From Vicugna vicugna (Eukaryota): a stretch of 64,000 nt of DNA. A model generated the notes under the pieces. That model saw nothing but the letters and a program-made list of their open reading frames with translations. It ran no database searches and was not told the origin of the DNA. The translations under genes and the position numbers were made by a program. The stretch is from assembly GCA_013265495.1 (NCBI GenBank), contig MU060042.1, positions 5,948,258 through 6,012,257 on the forward strand, in the 5' to 3' direction. Shown here piece after piece: positions 56,680 to 64,000 of this stretch (its first letter is position 1; every line of letters begins with the position of its first letter).

Positions 56680-57510
56680 AGACTTCCTGTCTAGGACACA
56701 GACGTCCCTGACGACTAAGGAAAGAGTGATTTGTCTCGACTTCATTAAAATTAAGAACTTCTGTTCATCAGGAGGCACCAACAGAGAGCGGAGGGGCCCC
56801 GCAGGGACACAGTGGGACACTGCCGGCAGGAGGCCACCAACACCAAGGATGGAGAGCTGCACACGTCAGCAGGAAATGCTGACAATCCCACTTTCAAGTG
56901 GGCAGAGACTGCAGTAGGCCCTTCGTGCCTGGGCGCCCAGGTGTGCGGCCAGTGGTGGAAAGGGGTCACCGCCACTTTGATCGAGAAAGCGCCCAGACAC
57001 CACGGTCCCAGCTCCAGACTGACTGCCGGTCTAAGGGCAGACAGACCGTGAGTCGGGTGTGGAGCAGGAGGGGTCCCCATGGTCCTGATGGAGCAGAACT
57101 GACAGCAGCGCCCCCACTGAGCACACAGAGCTGCTCCCGACGGCTGCCCTGCTGGGCGCACCCCCCGCACAGAAACGGGTGGCCGTCTGCTGGGAACATG
57201 CGTGGGGGTGTTGTGTGTAAGGGCCAGACCCAGACGCAACCCAGATGACCAGTGTGCTGTGTCCACACACAGGAATGCTCCATGACACCGAACAAAGCAA
57301 CCAGAGGTCAGATCTGTAGGAAAAGTGTGACCCCAGTGACAGAGAGTCGGAGGCGGGCAGAAGTAGTGGTTGGTGACCGGGGTCAGAACAGGGACCGCCT
57401 CTGAGCTGCTAGGGACCGTCGGCGTCTCCATCTCGGTGGAGGTCTGCGGGCAGACACCTGTGTGAACTTTCTCCAAGCCGTGGGCTTCGCTGTACGTGAG
57501 TTGCACCAAG
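56680..57510 (+). mobile_element. L1M ORF2 C-terminus and 3' end, GC-shifted
   Basis: gacttcattaaaattaagaacttctgttcatca (peptide DFIKIKNFCSS, typical of L1 ORF2), then acaatcccactttcaagtgggcagagac and degraded 3'-end text. Confidence 0.75.
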
Positions 57511-57519
57511 TTCAAAGAC

Positions 57520-57680
57520 TCTCGGACCCTGGAGTTGGGCCACCTTGGGTTGAATCGAGGTCTGTGGTGCGCTCTGCTCCTGCGCGGTGCTGCTCCAGCC
57601 GCTGGACCTCCCTGGGCCTCGGTTTTCATCCGGGAAATGGGCTGACAGCAGCCCCCACCTCAGACATGGCTGAGAGGCTG
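57520..57680 (+). mobile_element. MIR fragment, GC-shifted
   Basis: ccttgggttgaatc...ggacctccctgggcctcggttttcatccgggaaatggg...cccacctca resembles the MIR core aacctctctgtgcctcagtttcctcatctgtaaaatggg. Confidence 0.6.
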
Positions 57681-60600
57681 GAATCAGTTTTCCGCTCAGA
57701 AACGGAGCGCACAGAGTCCTGGCTGGGGCTGCCGAGCCCGGGAAGCCCGGCTGCCCGGTTGTCGGACTGTTCGTTCTCTCCAGGCGTCAGACGTGTTTGC
57801 CGTGGGCAGCACTGGCCCCGCCTGTTCCACATGCTCCCCGCCTGGCCCCGCTTCACTCCCACACCCACACCAGGTCCCAGGAAACAGCCAGTCCGGGAGC
57901 TCTGTTCTGTGCAGGCTTCACCTACAGCGCATAAACTGCTCAAAAACGTGCACCACCCACCACTGTGCTGCGCCTGCCGTCAGTTTAGGCTCCCAGTAAA
58001 CATTAGGAACTGTACACAAAGCTGAGCATTGAAGGCAAGCTTTGAATATAGAACTGCTTGTTATGCCAATAATTTTTTCTTCAGCATGGACCCAAAAAGT
58101 GTCTTAAATCTGGAAAATCAAACTATGTTTCTTTCTGAAAAAGCAGATGAACACTTAATGATTTACAAACCGATACATCTCCAAGATCCAAAATCAAAGC
58201 CACTCAGCCCAGACAGGGGGAACACAGACCGAGGGGCAGGATTCGGGAGCCCTGCGGGGCCAAGGCTTCCAGCTGGGGTTCCCCAATTCTCATAGTTCTG
58301 CTCGAGACCTGGGGGGACACACCTGCACCCAGGTCACTGAGCCACGCCAGCCTTGCTGAGGTCTCGTCGAGGGATGACGTCATGTCTTCAGGCGTGTTTT
58401 GACCAAACACCATCAGGAAGTTGGATGAGCAACCTGAATGTGTTTCTGCCCCAGGTTTCAGGAGCGGCTCCCTGCAGCCCGTGTTCTGAGCTCTGGGGAG
58501 CAAGGTGATCATCCCCAAATCCTGTTGAGGGTGAGTGTGTCAGGGTGTTCTGTACAAACACACACACGCTTGAGGAAGAGGCTCTCCAACGCCTGTCTTT
58601 GCATCTGAAGGTGTAGATGAGCAGAGGTGAGAGGCGGGCACCTTGGTGACGTGACTTCTGGCTCCTCGTCTTCGTGGCTTCTGAGCCGCCGTTTGGGCCA
58701 CTGCTGTCTTTTCAGCAGAGCACCTGGGGGCTCCGAGGGGCCACCGAGACGTGGTGAACAGGACTGGACGAGATCCGCTGCGGACAGGCACCCCCGCCCT
58801 CCGCAGCAACCGGGTGGGATGGCGAGCTGCTCACACTCCCCGCGGACGAGGCTCTCGGAGACGCTGCCGTTGGAAGGCGCCCCTCCCCGTCAGCCTCCTA
58901 TAATTGCTTTTGGAAGCCACGGTTCGCTCAAACCTGTCACATGTCTGAGGCTGTCGTGGTCACATCGTTCAGAGGAATGGGTGCAGGAGGACGGGGTCTG
59001 GATTTTTCTGTCAGGGTTACTTTTTTTTAAAGTCAGAGGGCTTCTCTTCTGTCCACAAGTGGAGGAGGCGCACAGAGGCTGGCGGTGACGGCCGTGCCGT
59101 GGCCGGGGGTTCTCCGCTGCATCTGGGCAGATGTAACAGAGTTGTCACCCGGAAAAGGAAAATAAGAACTGCCTCGGTTCTTAGTCACCCCAAAAAAGGA
59201 TTTTTGACGAGAGACAAAAAGCGTGATATAAACAAGACTTTCATTCCTGAAGTAAAAAAATAGTGGAAGACAGTGCACACCCGAGGACTGGGAGCGGGCC
59301 AGCCCGAGGGAGGAAACGTGGTGCCATCCCTCTGCTCCCCTGTGTTTATGTCCTGGTTTTGTGACTGACTGACTGACAGCTCAGGCCCCCTGTGCTCTGG
59401 GTTGTTCCTTTCTCCTCCCTCCCCCCGCCCAGTGCACGTTTCTATCGGAACTGCCTCACAGACGGACCCCCGTGACGAGTCACTGGCTGCGAGGCGGGCG
59501 GCGTGTGCGAGGCCGTGGAGGTGAGGGTAAAACCCTGGGTCCTCACCTTTCACAGTAGGAAGCCGGCAGATAATCCCCAAAGCTTAAAGACCGTGAAACA
59601 CAGTTTTTAAAGACTGGAGGTTAAGATGCAGTTGAAAGAATTGGAACGGGGGCCTGTACAGAGTGAGCAGCGGGGTGTGGCCGGGAGTGACTGAGGACGC
59701 GGTGTTGTGGTGGTTGCTGTTGCTGTGAGTGTGCAAATACGTCTGAGTTTAAAAGAATGTATCACTTTAATAAGAAGTAAAGAAGACAATGCAATGATAA
59801 GTCTAAAGCAAGGGAGCCTGAGGGCGAGAAGGGAGCAAACCCCCGGGGCGCGGTCAGCGCCGCGGGAGGACGGGCAGGCCTCCCCACGCCCAGAGCTGGG
59901 GCTCCGCTCCCCCCGAGCCCTCCTGAGGCTGGTCTCGAGGCTGGAGCTCCCCAAAGACGGGGCTGGTGCCAGGGAACGGTGCCCTCAGGTGGGGCTGCGG
60001 GCACTGCCCGCAGCTCGAGGAAGGGGTTGCAGGGCCCTGGTGGCTCTCCCGTGGCCCAGCCCTGCTCTGCTGGGCAGGGGGTGACTCCACCCCACCAGTG
60101 CCACTCACGGACGGAAAGGAGGCTGCAGGTTTTACCTCCTCAATGGTTAGGTTTCCAAAATAGGATCTGGCAAATGATTAAACTGCAGACCTAATTGCTT
60201 TCTCTTAAAATAATATTAAAGCAAATGTGATATTGTGTTTAACTTGGAGGAGTGGTGCTTCTGGCAACGCAGTTCTGCTCTGAGTTCCACAGGGGAGGGC
60301 TCTCCCCTACAGGCTGCTCGTGCAAAAATATTATGAAATGAAGTCCTTGACGTCTGTTAAGGTAAAGAAGTATTTTTAAATGGAGCAAACGCCACTTTGG
60401 GGAATTCTTCACCCCTCCTTTCTGACTTCGACCCCAAAAGCAAACGGCCCCCACTGACGAAGGAGGGATGGCTGAACGCCACGTGGGTCCCCGAAGGACT
60501 TCGGGCCGAGACGTGGCCATGGGGCCCAGGCCTGGGTGCGAGATACGGAAACCGTGACTCACGGGGCCTCCTACTCCCAGGCCCCGTTCCAGGTGCCACA

Positions 60601-61203
60601 GCAAGGCTGGCCCTGCACAGGCTTGTGCCCGGCAGGGAGGGCGATGTGGGCCGCGGTGGCCATGGGCACAGTGCCGCCCTGTGGACAGCAGGGCTGCCGG
60701 TGACGGGCCCGGAGGACGAGAAGGAAACACCTTCTGGAGAATCCAAAGGGTCAGATTAGAGCCCGCGGGCCAGGCAGGCCTTTGGAAGGTGAAAAACAGA
60801 GTGAAGGACAGTTTTAACCACCTTCCCACATCCTGCAGTTCTCAAGTTCACTCTCAAAGTTACCTTCACTCAGCTGCCAGGACAGCTGTTCACAAGGCCA
60901 GGCTGGGGCTCCAGGGGCCGGACACTCCCCTCAAGGCCTGGCCGCCCCAGGCGAGGCTGTGCGGGGCAGGGCAGGAGGGACGGGGTGCGCCCCCCGCGCC
61001 CCCGCCCCCGCTCTGAAGTAGCTCTTTTTCTGTGTCCCAAGTTAACTGGAAAAAAGGAAACTACAGAGAGAAAGGGAGAGGTGAAAAAACATGGTCGTAA
61101 ATCTGGGATCTGTTTTTATTGGTGCTTCTATTTCAGATTTTCAGCTGGAAAAATACTTTCATGCATTCCAGGCACCTCAGTGTTGGCTGAGAGATAATGA
61201 TAA

Positions 61204-61379
61204 NNNNNNNNNNNNNNNNNNNNNNNNNNNNNNNNNNNNNNNNNNNNNNNNNNNNNNNNNNNNNNNNNNNNNNNNNNNNNNNNNNNNNNNNNNNNNNNNN
61301 NNNNNNNNNNNNNNNNNNNNNNNNNNNNNNNNNNNNNNNNNNNNNNNNNNNNNNNNNNNNNNNNNNNNNNNNNNNNNNN
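61204..61379. other. Assembly gap (176 N)
   Basis: Run of n characters. Confidence 1.
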
Positions 61380-64000
61380 AGGAGAACAAATCCTGGTAAA
61401 CTTGCCTTGGGGCTTCCCCCCCCATTCAGCTCGAGCGGTTTGCTTCAGCTTTTCCAGTGCCGTCTCCCCCGGCGCCCCTTCCACGGTGTCGTGTGCCAGG
61501 AGCGCCCTGACTCCGGAGCAGCTGCCCTGCGCCAGGCCCTGCTCTCCCGCCCGGGCTGTGGGCTGCGGGCTGCCAGGAGCCCTTTGGGGAGGCGCCAGGG
61601 GGAGCTTCCCTGGCACGGAACAATTTGGGCAAAAGGTTTCAAACGCACTGGAATGAAAACGCACACGAATGTGAGAAGCCGGGCGTGCCCCTCGCAGCCG
61701 GGGAGAAACGCGCGGGTGCACGTCTGGCGAGGGCCCGGGGCCCCGGCGCGGGCTCTGCTGTGGGCACACAGCGCTCCTTGTTCGTGGGTTGGGCCTGATG
61801 GATCCCAGGCCTAAACCGAGGCCTTTTTACATGCGGCTGTGGTTTCCTTCCCGCTTCGCTGTGGAAGGTCTGTTTTTGCCGAGCCCGGTGAGTCTGTACA
61901 CGGCGGGTACGCGCGGCTCACGGAAGCCAAGCCCCGATAGGTGGGTTTAATTTGCTCCAGCTGTGCTGGCCAGTGCCTCTGCCCACTGTGACTGGCGGGT
62001 GGGGTCGTGGGGGTACCCTCTGAAGCAGCTGCAAACCATTCAGTCACATAAACCAAAATGAGAAGAGGGCGAAAAACCCAGACCTGCAGTTGGGCCTCAC
62101 CCCACAGCTGTGCTCGCACAGCCCAGCGAGACAGCAGCCCAAACAAAGCCGCCCCGGCCCGGCCGCTGCCGGAGGGAAGGAAGGAGCGCGCTGTAAGCCC
62201 CAGGTATGCGCTGCACTGCAGGCCAGCTGGGCGGACACGGGCGCAGCGACACCTCCAGCTGGCGGGTGCTCTTGGCAGCCGTGTCCCCATCTCTGCATCC
62301 TGGTGGGTGACGAGCATCACCAGGTCTGGACTCCAGCTGCCCAGGAGGCCAGTGTGGCCGGGGAGGGGGGTTAGGTCCTGGAGGGGCCCAGCCCCCAACG
62401 CTGGGCAGGAGGAGACTCCCACAGACGGACTGCTGGGCGTCCTGCCCACCCAAAATGATTGCCAAGGGCGGGTCCTCCTGAGAGCTGAGAGGCAGCCAGA
62501 CTGAGGGCAGGAGAGGGGCGGGCAGGGCTCGGCAGGGCCCAGAATGTCCAGGGAAAGTGACAATCGAGAGCTCCCAGGGAAGCCTGCAGGGAGCCCCTCG
62601 CACCAAGCCTGGGACAAGCCCCTGCCTGCCCCTCCCTGTTCCACATCCCAAGTCTGCACAATTCCAGCATCTGCAGGATGCGGGACGGCAGGGGTCGCAG
62701 TGCTGAGCACATTGGTCCACACACATGACCACGCCGCCCCTTCTGCCCACGCAGTGCTGGCCTCACCCCAGGGGCGGTGAGACCCAGTCATGGAGGGCGG
62801 GGCTTTGAAGGACGTGGAGGAGTTTTCGGGGGAGAAGCATTCCCCAATGTGACATGTAAAAGCACCAAGTGATTAAAGCATCTGGCTTCTTCTAGAAGTA
62901 ACGCAAGTCTCCATGGCTGAAGATCAGGGTGTGTGGAGAGGGCCGAGTGTGAGGCTGGAAACGGCCCCTTGGGCTGGGTTGGAGTCGGCTCTCTGGAGGA
63001 GACTTCGAGAGGGTTTGGGGGTGGGCCTGCAGGGCAGTCTTTCTGAGTCTGGCGTGGGGTCGGCTCACCGGTGCAGGCGCAGTGCTGGGTACGGGTCCTA
63101 CTGTGTCCGGGAGCTCAGCCCAGAGTCATCCTCGAGGCTGGTAATTCTGTTTTCAGTCTCTCGCTGCCTAAAATTGTTAACGCGACTTTGCTCCTAAGAC
63201 TTGGCCACGGGCCACCAGGCTCATCTGGGGAGGGGCCAGGCTGGGTGCTGGGGCTGCGGTCACTCTGCACCAAGGATGCTGTGCTGTAGAGTAGGGCTCG
63301 GTGCACATTTGCTGAACAAAGAAGACGGACCCTCTCCATTTGCAGCAGGCTGGGCTGGGACAGGGAGACCAGGGAAAAAACTAGAAACTGGCAGAAAGAG
63401 GGGCTGGGGTCCACTCTGGCCTGGGGACACAAAGGGGAGGAGTTGGCAGCAGAGGGGACAGGACAGACCCCACACCTGCAGGATGTGCTGTCAGGTGGGG
63501 GTTCCTGGGAGGGAGGCCCAGGCCCGAGGCTCCGTCTCCCTGGTTCAGGGAGGGTTCCCGCCAACCTGGCTTCAAGGGTGCCATTTGCTCTGGGTGCAGA
63601 AGTGGGAGCAGGTGGGGGTGGCTGGGGTATCTCAAGGGCTGGTGGAGGTGGCTCTGCCTTCTCCCAGTGTCTGCTCCCTGAAGGTTCTGCTGAAACCCCC
63701 AGGGACGCAGCCAATCAGAGATGCATGTAAATAGGGTTCTATCGTGAAAGTGCTCGTGGACTGTTAAAAGGCCATCAGTCATTCACACGTTAGTGTGAAT
63801 AAGGCCAGGGCTGTTCTGTCCCAACCTCGGGAGCTAAAGGGCTGGTCTGAGCCCCTGGAGGGGCTCTGCTGAAGCGGTCAGGCCGGGTCAGGCAGGGCCT
63901 GCAGGCTGAGGGCCTGTGCCCCTTCTCTCTCCATGCCTTCTGCCTCACGGTGTACCAGGCTGCTGCGGGTGCAGCCCAAGCTTGGGGCAGAAAGTGAGGT

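Noticed and set aside
56327-56917. 196-aa ORF with a natural-looking tail (DFIKIKNFCSS)
   Set aside because: The tail is degraded L1 ORF2, not a host gene.
58029-58295. 88-aa ORF with balanced amino-acid composition
   Set aside because: Non-ATG start, no recognisable homology; the composition just reflects an AT-rich island.
62885-62902. Heat-shock-element-like CTTCTAGAAG
   Set aside because: Only two nGAAn units; a third is missing.
1-64000. CRISPR arrays, prokaryotic systems, endogenous viral ORFs, snoRNA or miRNA hairpins
   Set aside because: No repeat-spacer periodicity, no LTR/gag/pol/env signature and no recognisable RNA-gene motif or long near-perfect local hairpin were seen by eye; an Rfam/Dfam search would be needed to exclude them formally.

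Overview
GC-rich mammalian genomic DNA covering the 3' part of NFATC1 on the + strand. The window holds the tail of the intron before exon IX, the 690-nt penultimate coding exon IX (8186-8875, with an internal donor at 8568/8569), a ~25.6-kb last intron, the terminal exon X (CDS 34499-34548, ~1.7-kb 3'UTR, AATAAA at 36224), and ~28 kb of downstream non-coding DNA. Three tRNA-derived SINEs resembling the camelid Vic-1 family suggest a camelid genome. Ancient L1, MIR and L2 remnants are present, many visibly shifted toward GC. There are two assembly gaps. No second protein-coding gene, RNA gene or CRISPR array is supported, and the many listed ORFs are explained by high GC content. I found no proven new system. 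The best leads are: (1) a complete candidate alternative last exon in the final intron (22308 to ~22430) that mimics the start of exon X; (2) a perfect 23-bp inverted repeat (32123-32788) enclosing a cryptic stop-containing exon; (3) a Tyr-to-Asp change in the conserved C-terminal LDQxYLDDVNEII motif; (4) patchy AT-to-GC drift within single repeats; (5) several motif-dense AT-rich islands that look like enhancers; (6) an identical 246-bp tandem duplication just past the poly(A) site. Comparisons with human protein and repeat consensus sequences are from memory, not from a search.
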